Below are positions 1 to 10,526 of a stretch of DNA of 64,000 nt, piece after piece. Both the position numbers and the translations under genes were made by a program. The notes beneath the pieces were generated by a model. It saw only the letters and a program-made list of their open reading frames with translations. It ran no database searches and was not told the DNA's origin. Source of the DNA: Candidatus Poribacteria bacterium (lineage in GTDB: Bacteria > Poribacteria > WGA-4E > WGA-3G); NCBI GenBank assembly GCA_965198235.1, contig OZ240248.1, forward strand, positions 4,160,001-4,224,000, read 5' to 3'. The first letter of the stretch is position 1, and each line of letters starts with the position of its first letter.

Positions 1-1119
1 TTGACGGCAGCAATTACTATGGTGCTCTCAAAACTCGCCAACGCAGATTACGTCATGGAGTATGACGAGATCGACAGGGCACCTGAAGAAAAAGAGCGTG
101 GTATTACCATTAACACAGCACACGTTGAGTATGAAACCGAGAACCGGCATTACGCACACGTAGATTGCCCCGGACACGCCGACTATATCAAGAATATGAT
201 TACCGGTGCGGCACAGATGGACGGTGCGATTCTCGTCGTATCCGCCGCTGATGGTCCTATGCCTCAGACACGTGAGCACGTGCTACTCGCGCGGCAGGTG
301 AACGTGCCATCTCTCGTCGTCTTCCTGAATAAGGCAGACATGGTTGATGACGAAGAACTGCTTGAACTCGTCGAATTAGAAGTTCGCGAATTACTCAGCG
401 ATTATGACTTCCCCGGTGACGACATTCCTGTCATCATAGGGTCTGCTCTTGACGCGATGGAATCCGGAGGCGATCCGGAAGGCGAAGCATGTCAGTCTAT
501 TCTCGAACTCATGGCAGCGGTTGATGAATACATTCCAGAACCCGTTCGCGATACCGATAGACCCTTCCTGATGCCGATCGAAGATATCTTCACCATCAGT
601 GGACGTGGGACCGTTGTTACCGGTAGGGTTGAACGTGGAACCGTTGAAATCGGAAACACCGTTGAAATCGTCGGGTTACGCGAAACACAAGACACCGTTG
701 TCACTGGTGTTGAAATGTTTAAGAAAAGCCTCAACGAAGGCCAAGCTGGCGACAACCTCGGTGCGCTACTACGTGGCGTCGAGCGCGATGAAGTCGAACG
801 CGGACAAGTTTTGGCTATCCCCGGGACCGTTACGCCACATACGCAATTTGAAGCCGAAGCCTACATTCTCACAAAAGAGGAAGGCGGACGCTGGAATCCA
901 TTCTTTAGCGGATACAGACCGCAGTTCTATTTCCGGACAACTGATGTAACCGGAGAGATGAACCTCCCTGAAGGCATCGAAATGATTATGCCTGGCGATA
1001 ATGCACAGATCACCGTAAGACTTGCTAAACCGATCGCGATGGAAGAACAACTCCGATTCGCAATTCGGGAAGGTGGACAAACCGTCGGTGCTGGTGTTGT
1101 CTCCAAAATTATTGAATAA
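1..1119 (+). CDS. tuf: Elongation factor Tu (5' part outside the window)
   Basis: [18 protein letters not shown] and GYRPQFY motifs; N-terminal GHVDHGKT missing at window edge. Confidence 0.99.
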   Translation: MTAAITMVLSKLANADYVMEYDEIDRAPEEKERGITINTAHVEYETENRHYAHVDCPGHADYIKNMITGAAQMDGAILVVSAADGPMPQTREHVLLARQVNVPSLVVFLNKADMVDDEELLELVELEVRELLSDYDFPGDDIPVIIGSALDAMESGGDPEGEACQSILELMAAVDEYIPEPVRDTDRPFLMPIEDIFTISGRGTVVTGRVERGTVEIGNTVEIVGLRETQDTVVTGVEMFKKSLNEGQAGDNLGALLRGVERDEVERGQVLAIPGTVTPHTQFEAEAYILTKEEGGRWNPFFSGYRPQFYFRTTDVTGEMNLPEGIEMIMPGDNAQITVRLAKPIAMEEQLRFAIREGGQTVGAGVVSKIIE

Positions 1120-1126
1120 AACGATT

Positions 1127-1152
1127 GGGCGGGGCTTATGCTCCGCCCTTTT
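1127..1152 (+). terminator. Probable intrinsic terminator/attenuator after tuf
   Basis: GGGCGGGGC-ttat-GCTCCGCCC hairpin followed by TTTT. Confidence 0.6.
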
Positions 1153-1237
1153 AAAGTAATCAACGCAGAGGATTCCCTACATCAGCATCAAGATGTAACC
1201 AACAAAACCCTCTGTTTGATGAAGGCGATACCAAAAG

Positions 1238-1549
1238 ATGGACAATCAAAAAATTCGCATCCGACTCAAGGCATTTGACTATCGGTTGTTAGACCTGTCG
1301 TCAAAGCAGATAGCAGATACTGCGAAACGCACAGGGGCAGCTGTCTCCGGCCCGATTCCATTGCCGACGAAAAAGCATATCTACACCGTTCAACGTTCTA
1401 CGTTTAAAGACAAGAAGTCGCGTGAACAATTTGAGATGCGGATTCATAAACGTCTGCTGGATATCTTAGAGACGACACCTAAAACTGTTGATGCCTTGAT
1501 GCGTTTGGACCTGCCCGCAGGTGTCGATGTCAAAATCACGCTTCTCTAA
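1238..1549 (+). CDS. rpsJ: 30S ribosomal protein S10
   Basis: [10 protein letters not shown]...GPIPLPT...[11 protein letters not shown]. Confidence 0.99.
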   Translation: MDNQKIRIRLKAFDYRLLDLSSKQIADTAKRTGAAVSGPIPLPTKKHIYTVQRSTFKDKKSREQFEMRIHKRLLDILETTPKTVDALMRLDLPAGVDVKITLL

Positions 1550-1847
1550 CTATGGGAATCTGTTAACCATCGAAGAAACACCCAAGCAAAAACACTCGTG
1601 CTTTAACATCTATAATGGAGTCGAGTTGATAGTTAAACTGCTCCACTATGTTTCGCACGCGTCCCCAGTATCCCTTTCCAGTAACGGATGGGAACCCTGG
1701 GTGGGGACCTATGTTTTCGGTGAATTTTCAACCTGTTCCAGGTACCCAAAGGTTTCTCAATTTACCGAACAGCCCTTTCGGAAACTCAACCCCGTAGGGG
1801 TGGCATGTTTATAGAGGAACGATGCACAGATTCAATCATCTAAAAAA
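1543..1847. mobile_element. MITE-like composite repeat (family A) with a nested palindrome B and a CCCAAGCAAAAAC insert
   Basis: First ~100 bp nearly identical to reverse complement of 10407-10507 and to 13762-13850; ends in GGAACGATGCACAG like other copies. Confidence 0.8.
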
Positions 1848-1858
1848 GGCGAAAGAAA

Positions 1859-2500
1859 ATGGTTAACGGAATTATCGGCCGCAAAGTCGGCATGACACAA
1901 GTCTTTGAGGATTCAGGTAAAGCGGTGCCTGTTACCGTCATCCAAGCAGGTCCCTGCCCTATTGTCCAACTCAAAACGCAAGAAAAAGATGGATATCAGG
2001 CAGTTCAATTGGGTTTCGGCGAGCAGAAAGAAAACCGTATGAATAATCCTAAACGAGGGCATTTCGCCAAAGCTGGCGTTGACCCGGCATTTGTGCTTCG
2101 GGAATTTCGAGTACAGAGCCTCGATGATGTGTCTGTAGGAAGTATTGTCGATGCAAGCGTCTTTTCAGAGGGTGAACTCGTTGATGTGACAGGCACCTCG
2201 AAAGGACGTGGTTTCTCCGGTGTGGTGAGACGTTGGAAATTCGCCGGTGGTAAGAAAACCCACGGCGGCGAGCAAGATTTGCGTCGTCCTGGCTCCATTG
2301 GTGCAAGCGCGACACCCTCCCGGGTCTTTAAAGGAAAACGGATGCCGGGACGTTATGGTGCCAAACGGCATACCATTCAAAACTTACCCGTGATCCAAGC
2401 CGATCCTGAGCGCAACTTATTGGTGGTTAAAGGTGCTGTTCCCGGACCACCCAAGGGTTTGCTGCTGATTAGAAAGGCATCTAAAGCACTGAGTGCATAG
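1859..2500 (+). CDS. rplC: 50S ribosomal protein L3
   Basis: [25 protein letters not shown] motifs; operon position. Confidence 0.99.
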   Translation: MVNGIIGRKVGMTQVFEDSGKAVPVTVIQAGPCPIVQLKTQEKDGYQAVQLGFGEQKENRMNNPKRGHFAKAGVDPAFVLREFRVQSLDDVSVGSIVDASVFSEGELVDVTGTSKGRGFSGVVRRWKFAGGKKTHGGEQDLRRPGSIGASATPSRVFKGKRMPGRYGAKRHTIQNLPVIQADPERNLLVVKGAVPGPPKGLLLIRKASKALSA

Positions 2501-2523
2501 GTAGGCAATCTTTACCAAATAGA

Positions 2524-2581
2524 TTTTAACCAGCAACTCGTGCTTTACAAAAATCTAATTGGTGCGAGTTGCTGGTTAAAA
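2524..2581. repeat. Palindromic repeat family B
   Basis: TTTTAACCAGCAACTCG...CGAGTTGCTGGTTAAAA inverted arms. Confidence 0.8.
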
Positions 2582-2590
2582 GAGGAAAAT

Positions 2591-3253
2591 ATGTCAACTT
2601 TAGACGTACACAACATATCCGGGGCTGTTCTCCGAGAAAAGGAATTAGCCGATGCATTCACCGAGGCTGAAGTGAATGGTCCTGTCATTCACCAGTGTGT
2701 CGTTGCTTACCTCGCGAATCAGAGGCAAGGGACCGCATCAACTAAAACCCGGAGTGAAGTAAAAGGGAGCGGGAGAAAACTGTACCGCCAAAAAGGAACC
2801 GGTAGAGCTCGGGTCGGACACGCCAAGTCCCCAATTCGAGTACACGGGGGTGTAGCCTTCGGTCCGAAACCGCGGAGTTACCGGCAGGCTACCCCGAAAC
2901 GGGTTCGCCAACTTGGACTTCACAGCGCACTTGCAGACAGGTTTCAGAACCAGCAGTGTACTCTCATTGAAGATTTCACGCTTGAAAAACCCCGCACCAA
3001 AGACATAGTTAACATGTTAAAGGCGGTGAATGCGGCAGGGAAAGTCCTGCTTGTTCTCGATGAACACAGCACGAATATTAATCTCTCTGTCCGGAATATT
3101 CCACAAGTTAACAACTGCACATGGGATACCCTCAACGTTTATCAGGTCATGTGGCATGACACGCTGATAATCACCGAGAACGCCGCTGAGAAGTTGGAAT
3201 CCAAATTTTTACCATCTACTCGTGCTGTACCAAAGGCTATTGAAGACGAGTAG
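2591..3253 (+). CDS. rplD: 50S ribosomal protein L4
   Basis: [13 protein letters not shown]...QKGTGRAR; ATG at 2591 after AGAGG. Confidence 0.98.
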   Translation: MSTLDVHNISGAVLREKELADAFTEAEVNGPVIHQCVVAYLANQRQGTASTKTRSEVKGSGRKLYRQKGTGRARVGHAKSPIRVHGGVAFGPKPRSYRQATPKRVRQLGLHSALADRFQNQQCTLIEDFTLEKPRTKDIVNMLKAVNAAGKVLLVLDEHSTNINLSVRNIPQVNNCTWDTLNVYQVMWHDTLIITENAAEKLESKFLPSTRAVPKAIEDE

Positions 3254-3293
3254 ATGGTTAAAACATCAGTTCAGATACAGAAGGATAAAACTG

Positions 3294-3593
3294 ATGAAAG
3301 ATATATATCAGGTCATATTACAACCGCTGATAACGGAGAAGAGCACAATACTCCGTGAATCTAACAAGTACGCGTTCGTTGTCGATCGCAAGGCAACGAA
3401 ACCACAGATTCGTCAAGCTGCGGAAGAATTGTTTGACCTTCAAGGCGATATTCTTAAAATTCACACGATGCGCGTTCGAGGTAAGCCCAAAGGGAAAATG
3501 TTGCGTTATCAACGGGGCAGAAAACCACATTGGAAGAAAGCGATCATTACCTTGAGAGAAGGCGCGACCATCCAAGCGTTTGAAACTATATAG
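3294..3593 (+). CDS. rplW: 50S ribosomal protein L23
   Basis: PLITEKS...WKKAIITL. Confidence 0.97.
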   Translation: MKDIYQVILQPLITEKSTILRESNKYAFVVDRKATKPQIRQAAEELFDLQGDILKIHTMRVRGKPKGKMLRYQRGRKPHWKKAIITLREGATIQAFETI

Positions 3594-3596
3594 GAA

Positions 3597-3672
3597 TAGC
3601 CGTCAGGTGTCGGCTATCAGGTGTCGGAAACCATCAATAGTCAGCAATCTGACTACTGATGGCTGATTGCTA
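3597..3672. repeat. Heptamer-type (CTGAYRG / TCAGCNR) short repeat cluster
   Basis: TCAGGTGTCGG twice; CTGACTACTGATGGCTGATTGC also at 24572. Confidence 0.65.
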
Positions 3673-3688
3673 AAAAAAGGAAATCAGA

Positions 3689-4504
3689 GTGCCTAAAACT
3701 TATTCACCCATAACCCCAAGTCGCCGGTTCATGACTGGGTATACCTTTGAAGAGATTACGCGGAGCAAACCGGAAAAATCTCTTGTCAAAGGCGCGAAAC
3801 AGAAAGCCGGTCGGAACGCCAGTGGTCGCTTGACTGTGAGACGCCGCGGTGGGGGACATAAGCGCAGATACCGGGTCATCGACTTCAAAAGAGACAAGTT
3901 TGGCATCCCTGCCAAAGTTGCCGCAATTGAATATGATCCGAACCGGTCCGCGCATATCGCCCTATTACATTATGTTGACGGTGAAAAACGCTACATTCTC
4001 GCACCCGTCGGTGTTCAGGTTGGCGATATACTACAGTCAGGCGAAGATGCAGAAATCCGTGCCGGGAACGCCTTACCCCTTGAGAAAATTCCGCTCGGAT
4101 CGTCAATCCACAATATAGAGATGCGTCCCGGTAAAGGCGGGCAACTCGTACGGAGTGCTGGCGGTGCGGCGCAGTTGGTTGACAGAGAAGGGAAGTACGC
4201 GCGTATCCGACTCCCCTCAGGCGAGATTCGCCTCGTCCTCGTCAAAGCAATGGCAACACTCGGACAAATCGGTAACGTCAGCCAGATTGTTATCGGTAAA
4301 GCCGGACGTTCGAGATGGCTCGGAAAACGCCCGAAAGTTAGAGGCGTGGCTATGAATCCGATCGATCATCCGCATGGTGGTGGTGAAGGAAAGAGTTCCG
4401 GTGGTAGGCATCCAGTCACACCTTGGGGTGTTCCAACCAAAGGGTATAAGACCCGAAATCCGAAGAAGAAATCAAACCGATACATTGTTGGAAAACGGAA
4501 ATAG
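3689..4504 (+). CDS. rplB: 50S ribosomal protein L2
   Basis: [26 protein letters not shown]. Confidence 0.99.
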   Translation: MPKTYSPITPSRRFMTGYTFEEITRSKPEKSLVKGAKQKAGRNASGRLTVRRRGGGHKRRYRVIDFKRDKFGIPAKVAAIEYDPNRSAHIALLHYVDGEKRYILAPVGVQVGDILQSGEDAEIRAGNALPLEKIPLGSSIHNIEMRPGKGGQLVRSAGGAAQLVDREGKYARIRLPSGEIRLVLVKAMATLGQIGNVSQIVIGKAGRSRWLGKRPKVRGVAMNPIDHPHGGGEGKSSGGRHPVTPWGVPTKGYKTRNPKKKSNRYIVGKRK

Positions 4505-4509
4505 TTTTT

Positions 4510-4588
4510 TTAATTACCTTGCGGATACGTTTCATCATAAAAACCTTCACAGATTTAACTACGGTCACTTATCCGCAAGGAACATTAG
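4510..4588. repeat. Inverted repeat, CCGCAAGG family
   Basis: CCTTGCGGATA...TATCCGCAAGG; same core at 58637 and 58742. Confidence 0.65.
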
Positions 4589-4604
4589 AAAAAGGAGAAA
4601 CACA

Positions 4605-4877
4605 ATGGCGCGTTCTCTCAAAAAGGGACCTTACATAGACCCGAAACTTGCTAAGAAAATAGCCGCTATGGAACGTTCTGGCAGTAAACGGGTGGTGCGG
4701 ACCTGGTCCCGCCGTTCAATGATTACCCCTGAGTTGGTAGGACACACCTTGGCGATATACAACGGGAAAAAATTCTTTCCAGTGTATATAACCGAGAACA
4801 TGGTAGGACACAAACTCGGAGAATTTTCGCCAACTCGCACCTTTCGTTCACACTCAGCTGGTGCAAGCAGAAGATAA
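4605..4877 (+). CDS. rpsS: 30S ribosomal protein S19
   Basis: MARSLKKGP...[13 protein letters not shown]. Confidence 0.99.
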   Translation: MARSLKKGPYIDPKLAKKIAAMERSGSKRVVRTWSRRSMITPELVGHTLAIYNGKKFFPVYITENMVGHKLGEFSPTRTFRSHSAGASRR

Positions 4878-5003
4878 CTTTGTGATAGCTTTCATCGTAT
4901 ACCGAGGCTCGCCGCAACTCCATCTTTTTATGAAACGATGCGTTTGGATGCCCGGTCGCGAATCACAACGAAACCAGAAAATTGCTTTTATTAGGAGACA
5001 CTG

Positions 5004-5357
5004 ATGGAAGCCAGATCTAAGATTAGGAACGCGTCGGTTGCGCCGCGGAAAGCACGTTTAGTAGCCGATCTCGTCCGTAATCAGTACGTTGAGGATGCGT
5101 TAAGTCAGCTGCGCTTTACGCATAAAGCCGCGTCCCCTATAATTTACAAACTAATTCAGTCAGCAGCTGCGAACGCGCAATATCAAGATCCGAACATCGA
5201 TATGACAGGCTTATATGTTAAAGAGATTCGGATTGATGAAGGGATTACGCGGAAATGGATACGTCCCCGGGCACGAGGTATGGCGAACAGAATCCTAAAA
5301 CGGAGCAGCCATATCACCGTCGTCGTTGATGAGGAGAGTAGTGATAATGGTGAGTGA
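5004..5357 (+). CDS. rplV: 50S ribosomal protein L22
   Basis: PRKARLVAD...SAAANA...PRARG...SHITV. Confidence 0.98.
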   Translation: MEARSKIRNASVAPRKARLVADLVRNQYVEDALSQLRFTHKAASPIIYKLIQSAAANAQYQDPNIDMTGLYVKEIRIDEGITRKWIRPRARGMANRILKRSSHITVVVDEESSDNGE

Positions 5358-5436
5358 CACCGCGCACTTACAAAACACCAACAGCACTGCTTGCACTCCA
5401 CGTCGCGAACGGGGAAAAGTTCGATAGGAGGTTTGC

Positions 5437-6285
5437 GTGGGACAAAAAACTCACCCGCGGGGATTACGCTTAGGAATCATTGAGACGTGGGATTCAAAGT
5501 GGTACAGCGAGCGGGATTATGCCAAATGGCTCCATGAAGATTTTAAAATTCAGAAATTCGTCAAAGAGCAACTTGCGCGTGCTGGTATTTCGCGTGTTGA
5601 AGTCGAACGCGTAGCAGACCGTTGCAGTATTAACATCCATACAGCACGTCCAGGTATTGTGATCGGTCGTCGCGGTTCAGAAGCTGAGAAACTACAAGCG
5701 ATGCTCGAAAAAGAGGTCGGCTGCCCTGTACGGATTAATGTTTCGGAGATTAGAGAACCAGAACTGGATGCCCAACTCGTAGCAGAAGATGTCGCAACAC
5801 AAATAGAGCGTCGCGCAGGCTTTAAACAAGCAATGCGGCGGAAAATCTCTGGTTCAATACAAGCAGGGGCATTGGGTGTCAAAATCATGGTGAGTGGTAG
5901 ACTGGACGGCAAGGAAATCGCCCGCGCTGAATCCAGTATTGAGGGACGAGTCCCTCTTCACACCCTCAGAGCGAACGTTGACTACGGATTTACCGAAGCA
6001 AATACCCAATACGGTAAAATCGGGGTCAAGACATGGATCTTCAAAGGCGAAATTATCGGTGTCCCGGATAATTTGAAGGGTGCACCATCCGTCCGTCGTC
6101 AATCCGGACGACGTGAGGACACGGGTTCACAACGTCCTGAACGCAGACGCGGAGACAGACGTTCTGGCTCCCGGCAATCCGGGGAACAGGGTAGCGGAGA
6201 CAGACGTTCTGGCTCCCGGCAATCCGGGGAACAGGGTAGAGGAAGAGGCCGGCGCCGACAGCGTCGAAGTGACAGGGGTTCATAA
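5437..6285 (+). CDS. rpsC: 30S ribosomal protein S3 with Arg/Gly/Ser-rich tail
   Basis: MGQKTHP, RPGIVIG, GRVPLHTLRA. Confidence 0.99.
   Translation: MGQKTHPRGLRLGIIETWDSKWYSERDYAKWLHEDFKIQKFVKEQLARAGISRVEVERVADRCSINIHTARPGIVIGRRGSEAEKLQAMLEKEVGCPVRINVSEIREPELDAQLVAEDVATQIERRAGFKQAMRRKISGSIQAGALGVKIMVSGRLDGKEIARAESSIEGRVPLHTLRANVDYGFTEANTQYGKIGVKTWIFKGEIIGVPDNLKGAPSVRRQSGRREDTGSQRPERRRGDRRSGSRQSGEQGSGDRRSGSRQSGEQGRGRGRRRQRRSDRGS
6150..6239 (+). repeat. Perfect 45-bp in-frame tandem duplication in rpsC tail
   Basis: CGGAGACAGACGTTCTGGCTCCCGGCAATCCGGGGAACAGGGTAG x2. Confidence 0.95.
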
Positions 6286-6318
6286 CCGCACATATAGATT
6301 CTTAAGGAGGCATTTAAG

Positions 6319-6732
6319 GTGTTAATGCCGAAACGCGTGATGCGCCGCTACGTGCATCGTGGAAAACGCCGTGGAAAGCCACTTCGAGGTTCGCAGATTA
6401 ACTTCGGCGAATACGGCTTGCAAGCAATGGAAGCTGGCTGGATTACCAGCAATCAGATTGAATCGGCACGTGTCGCTATCACGCGATATGTACGCCGTGG
6501 TGGAAAAATTTGGATCAAAATTTTTCCACACAAGCCACTCAGTAAACAGCCTGCTGAAACGCGCATGGGTAAGGGCAAGAAGGGTCCCCCTGAACATTGG
6601 GTCGCCGTTGTTAAACCCGGCAGAATTCTCTATGAATTAAGCGGCGTTTCGCTTGAAGATGCAAAAGGGGCGATGAAACGAGCCGCCCACAAATTGCCAA
6701 TCAAAACTAAGTTCGTTGCACGGAATGAGTAA
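6319..6732 (+). CDS. rplP: 50S ribosomal protein L16
   Basis: [24 protein letters not shown]. Confidence 0.99.
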   Translation: MLMPKRVMRRYVHRGKRRGKPLRGSQINFGEYGLQAMEAGWITSNQIESARVAITRYVRRGGKIWIKIFPHKPLSKQPAETRMGKGKKGPPEHWVAVVKPGRILYELSGVSLEDAKGAMKRAAHKLPIKTKFVARNE

Positions 6733-6819
6733 TTTCGTCTGCGGCTCCGATGTTGGAAAAATTACGAGCCTGCTGACGCAGCCTCTCGGTTTTGACAACA
6801 CGCATGGAGGTTCGGAAAA

Positions 6820-7008
6820 ATGAAAGCGGATGAACTACGAGGAAAAACGGCTGAAGAATTGGAAGGTGAACTGAAAGTTCTCAAAGAGAATCTGTTTAAC
6901 CAGAAATTCCGAAGTGTTTTAGGACAACAAGAGGATACAACAAATATCGGTAAGATTCGGAAGGACATCGCACGCGTGAAAACTGTCCTACGACTCCGTT
7001 CAGAGTAA
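6820..7008 (+). CDS. rpmC: 50S ribosomal protein L29
   Basis: MKADELR...IRKDIARVKT. Confidence 0.97.
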   Translation: MKADELRGKTAEELEGELKVLKENLFNQKFRSVLGQQEDTTNIGKIRKDIARVKTVLRLRSE

Positions 7009-7121
7009 ATGGAACTCACAAGGCAAGGTTGCGTGCCACAGCCCGATTCCGTCTCACCAAATTTGTAGTGTGTGCTCAAAAAACGTACTTTAATAAGTTT
7101 TGACTGGTTTGGAGGATAAAG

Positions 7122-7397
7122 TTGAGCGAGGAAAGACGAAGACATCACAAATTCCGGACAGGTTTTGTTACCAGTAACAGTATGGATAAAACTGTCACAG
7201 TGTCGCTTGTTCGACGCTTTCAACATCCCCTTTACAAAAAGGTAGTCCGGAAAACGAAAAAGATTCTGGCTCACGATGAACAGAACAGTTGTAACGTCGG
7301 TGACGTGGTGCAGGTTGTCGAAACCCGCCCGCTGAGTCGTCATAAACGGTGGCGGGTCCAAGCGATAGTAAACGCAGTACAGACCGCAAACGATTAA
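7122..7397 (+). CDS. rpsQ: 30S ribosomal protein S17
   Basis: MDKTVTV...HPLYKK...AHDE...ETRPLS. Confidence 0.98.
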   Translation: MSEERRRHHKFRTGFVTSNSMDKTVTVSLVRRFQHPLYKKVVRKTKKILAHDEQNSCNVGDVVQVVETRPLSRHKRWRVQAIVNAVQTAND

Positions 7398-7551
7398 AAA
7401 GTGTCACCAACAGCGCGCGTGGTTTTAACCCCTGTATAGGGTGAGAGACGCAGCAACGTGGCTCGTGCGGCACTTGAGAAGAAAGGGTTTCATCTCCACT
7501 CTGACGTTTCCAAAACAAGCCGTTTTGAAGACGGTAGAGGAGGATACAAAA

Positions 7552-7920
7552 ATGGTTCAATCATATACTCGATTAACCTGTGCTGATAATACTGGCGCAA
7601 GGAAGTTAATGTGCATTAGTGTGCTTGGAGGAACCCGTCGGCGCTACGCACGCGTAGGCGACGTGATTGTAGCAAGTATCAAGGAAGCGGCACCCAACAC
7701 GCAGGTAAAAGCCGGTGAAGTCGTTCGGGCAGTTGTCGTCCGCACTACTAAAGAATATCGACGCCCAGACGGTTCCTATATTAAATTCGACCAAAACGCT
7801 GCAGTTCTCATTGATCCGCAGAATCAACCGCGCGGCACTCGAATCTTTGGACCCGTTGCACGTGAACTTAGAGAAAAGGCGTTCACCCGAATTGTCTCGC
7901 TCGCACCCGAGGTTATTTAG
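7552..7920 (+). CDS. rplN: 50S ribosomal protein L14
   Basis: ADNTGA...[13 protein letters not shown]...SLAPEV; ATG at 7552 after GAGGAGG. Confidence 0.99.
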   Translation: MVQSYTRLTCADNTGARKLMCISVLGGTRRRYARVGDVIVASIKEAAPNTQVKAGEVVRAVVVRTTKEYRRPDGSYIKFDQNAAVLIDPQNQPRGTRIFGPVARELREKAFTRIVSLAPEVI

Positions 7921-7930
7921 GAGGACAATT

Positions 7931-8164
7931 GTGGCACAGCGAAAACTACATATCAAAAGGAACGATACAGTCGTAGTCCTCAGTGGGCAAGATCGGGGGA
8001 AACAAGGAGTCGTTTTAGAGGTGTTCCCAAAGAAACAGCGAGCAATCGTTGAAGGTGTTCATATAGTCGTCTGTCACCTCCGGCCAAACCAAGCAGGACA
8101 AGGCGGTATCGTTGAACGTGAAGGCACCATCCACGTTTCTAACCTCAAAAAGATTGATGGCTAA
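7931..8164 (+). CDS. rplX: 50S ribosomal protein L24 (short, 77 aa)
   Basis: KOW-like DTVVVLSGQDRGKQG...IHVSN; GTG start after GGAGG. Confidence 0.95.
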   Translation: MAQRKLHIKRNDTVVVLSGQDRGKQGVVLEVFPKKQRAIVEGVHIVVCHLRPNQAGQGGIVEREGTIHVSNLKKIDG

Positions 8165-8252
8165 CCGGAACAGAGTGCCCCAGATACTGCTGAAGAAGCA
8201 CATTGCAAAGCATCTTTCACGGAATATGCAATCTCTATAGGATACAAGGCTT

Positions 8253-8816
8253 ATGAGCCCATTCAAAGAATTTTACCAAACGGAAGTCGTGCCCGCATTG
8301 CAACAGCATTTTAATTATCAAAATGTGATGCAGATTCCGAAAGTGGACAAGATTACACTGAATATCGGTGTTGGTATAGCAGTTCAGAATCCAAGCGCAT
8401 TGGAAGATGCCGTAGAAGAACTGACACTTATTGCGGGCCAACGCGCCGTGATCACCCGTGCGAAAAAGTCCATCTCCGCATTCAAAATCAGAGGTCCATC
8501 AAAGTTGGGACGTACGCCCGGCATGGCGATCGGATGTAAGGTTACACTGCGGCAGGAAAGGATGCATGAATTTCTCAATCGCTTAATCAACGTCGTCCTG
8601 CCCCAAATTCGGGACTTCCGCGGTATATCACCCGACGCTTTTGACGGTCGCGGCAACTATTCCCTTGGTCTCACGGAACAGTTAATCTTTCCCGAAATTG
8701 ATTACGACAAGGTTAACGATATTCGCGGACTGAATGTAACCATTGTTACCAGCGCCCCAACTGACGAAGAAGGCCACGAGTTGCTAAAACTCTTAGGGAT
8801 GCCCTTCCGGAGATAG
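8253..8816 (+). CDS. rplE: 50S ribosomal protein L5
   Basis: [28 protein letters not shown]. Confidence 0.99.
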   Translation: MSPFKEFYQTEVVPALQQHFNYQNVMQIPKVDKITLNIGVGIAVQNPSALEDAVEELTLIAGQRAVITRAKKSISAFKIRGPSKLGRTPGMAIGCKVTLRQERMHEFLNRLINVVLPQIRDFRGISPDAFDGRGNYSLGLTEQLIFPEIDYDKVNDIRGLNVTIVTSAPTDEEGHELLKLLGMPFRR

Positions 8817-8927
8817 ATGAGGTCTTTCGCTAAACTGCAGTAAAAAGATCTTACAGGCACCCTTTACCAGCAGCTAACCTCCAACACCCGTAGGTGTTAC
8901 GGGTAAACAAGAAAAGGAGTATCCAGG

Positions 8928-9113
8928 TTGGCAAGTAAATCATGGATTGCCAAACAGAAAAGAACCCCGCGGTTCCAAACCCGAGAATACAGTCGTTGTA
9001 AAACTTGTGGGAGGTCGCGTGGGTATCTTCGTAAGTTTGAGTTGTGTCGTATCTGTTTCCGTCTCTTTGCCCGCGCCGGTAAAATCCCCGGTGTCCGAAA
9101 GGCAAGTTGGTAG
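8928..9113 (+). CDS. rpsZ: 30S ribosomal protein S14, zinc-binding type Z
   Basis: CKTCGR...LCRICFR...IPGVRKASW. Confidence 0.97.
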   Translation: MASKSWIAKQKRTPRFQTREYSRCKTCGRSRGYLRKFELCRICFRLFARAGKIPGVRKASW

Positions 9114-9199
9114 AGGACTAGATGAGTTGTCCCTCTCTACACAAACATGACAGGCATAACAGCTATTCAAAAACGAGAAAAATATAAGGAGAATCTTTC

Positions 9200-9601
9200 A
9201 TGTCGATGACCGATCCGATTGCTGATATGCTAACACGTATCCGCAATGCCAACATGGCAGGACATGAACGCGTCGAAATCCCCTCTTCAAAAGTCAAAGC
9301 TGAGATCGCACGCGTCCTGGCAGAAGAAGGTTTCGTCAGAAATTATCGTTTAATCGAAGATGGGAAACAGGGGATTTTAAGAATCTATTTGAAATACGGA
9401 AATACGAAAAAAGAGAAGGTCATCACAAACCTAAGACGTATCAGCAAACCCGGCAGGAGGGTTTACGCCAAATCCGATAAATTGCCACGGGTTTACGGAG
9501 GACTCGGAGTCGCTATTTTGTCAACATCCAGTGGACTCAAAACGACCCCACAATGCCGTCAGGAAAAAATCGGCGGTGAAGTTCTCTGCTACGTCTGGTA
9601 A
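9200..9601 (+). CDS. rpsH: 30S ribosomal protein S8
   Basis: [13 protein letters not shown]...SKPGRRVY...GGEVLC. Confidence 0.99.
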   Translation: MSMTDPIADMLTRIRNANMAGHERVEIPSSKVKAEIARVLAEEGFVRNYRLIEDGKQGILRIYLKYGNTKKEKVITNLRRISKPGRRVYAKSDKLPRVYGGLGVAILSTSSGLKTTPQCRQEKIGGEVLCYVW

Positions 9602-9640
9602 CATCTTGCTGATGACGCTCAACGAGTAGGGAGAAACAGA

Positions 9641-10216
9641 ATGTCACGTATTGGACTAAAACCGATTCCAGTGCCCGACAAGGTGCAAGTCGCTTTAAAC
9701 AACAGCGACGTGCAGGTAGATGGACCCAAAGGGAGTCTCAATTGGAAACTCCCAGAAGGAATCAATGTGACGCTTGAGGAAAACGTCCTAATCGTCCAAA
9801 GAACGAGTGAACTAAAACAGTACAAAGCCCTGCACGGACTGGCGCGCAGCCTCATCGCCAATATGGTTACCGGTGTTTCAGAAGGCTTTGAGAAAAAACT
9901 ACGAGTCGTCGGGATGGGTTATCGTGCTGAGGTCAATCGTGAGAACAATTTGGTTCTCGATGTTGGCTATTCGCATTCCGTCACCTACGCTACACCTGAC
10001 GGCATAACACTGAGCATTGAACCCACTGAAACAGTAGATGGGCAGACACAGACACTTGTCATCGTCAGTGGCATCGACAAACAACTGGTCGGACAAGTGG
10101 CAGCTTCTATTCGTCAAATTAAGAAACCGGAGATTTATAAACCTTGTAAAGGTATCCGTTACGATGGCGAGCGCGTCCGAGATAAAGAAGGGAAAGCTGC
10201 TGCTGCTGCTGGTTAA
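9641..10216 (+). CDS. rplF: 50S ribosomal protein L6
   Basis: MSRIG...GPKG...GYSH...GIDKQLVGQVAA. Confidence 0.98.
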   Translation: MSRIGLKPIPVPDKVQVALNNSDVQVDGPKGSLNWKLPEGINVTLEENVLIVQRTSELKQYKALHGLARSLIANMVTGVSEGFEKKLRVVGMGYRAEVNRENNLVLDVGYSHSVTYATPDGITLSIEPTETVDGQTQTLVIVSGIDKQLVGQVAASIRQIKKPEIYKPCKGIRYDGERVRDKEGKAAAAAG

Positions 10217-10246
10217 CGTTGTTAGACTTTGCGCGCTGGCAAATAG

Positions 10247-10510
10247 TTTTTTAATGTATTGGCTTCTGGGCGTTGTTCCACTTCGTTTCACAACGATCCC
10301 CTTTCAACATTGAGAGGGCGTTCAACTTTACCGAAACCCACTGCGGAATGAAATTAGGTTTCCTTAAATAGCACAATTTTGCTTCGCAGTGAGAATGCTT
10401 TACATTTGGAGCAGTTTAACCATCAACTCGACTCCGTTATAAATGTTAAAGCACGAGTGTTTTTGCTTGGGTGTTTCTTCGATGGTTAACAGATTCCCAT
10501 AGTTAGAAAA
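10247..10510. mobile_element. MITE-like composite repeat (family A), inverted relative to the 1543 copy
   Basis: CTGGGCGTTGTTCCACTTCGTTTCAC at left; right ~100 bp is the reverse complement of 1545-1645. Confidence 0.8.
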
Positions 10511-10526
10511 GTGATAAGGAGATCCC

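Noticed and set aside
1521-1814. ORFs at 1521, 10400 and 13711 sharing the peptide NYGNLLTI...SCFNIYNGVEL
   Set aside because: Translations of the same non-coding repeat, with no RBS or consistent start and stop
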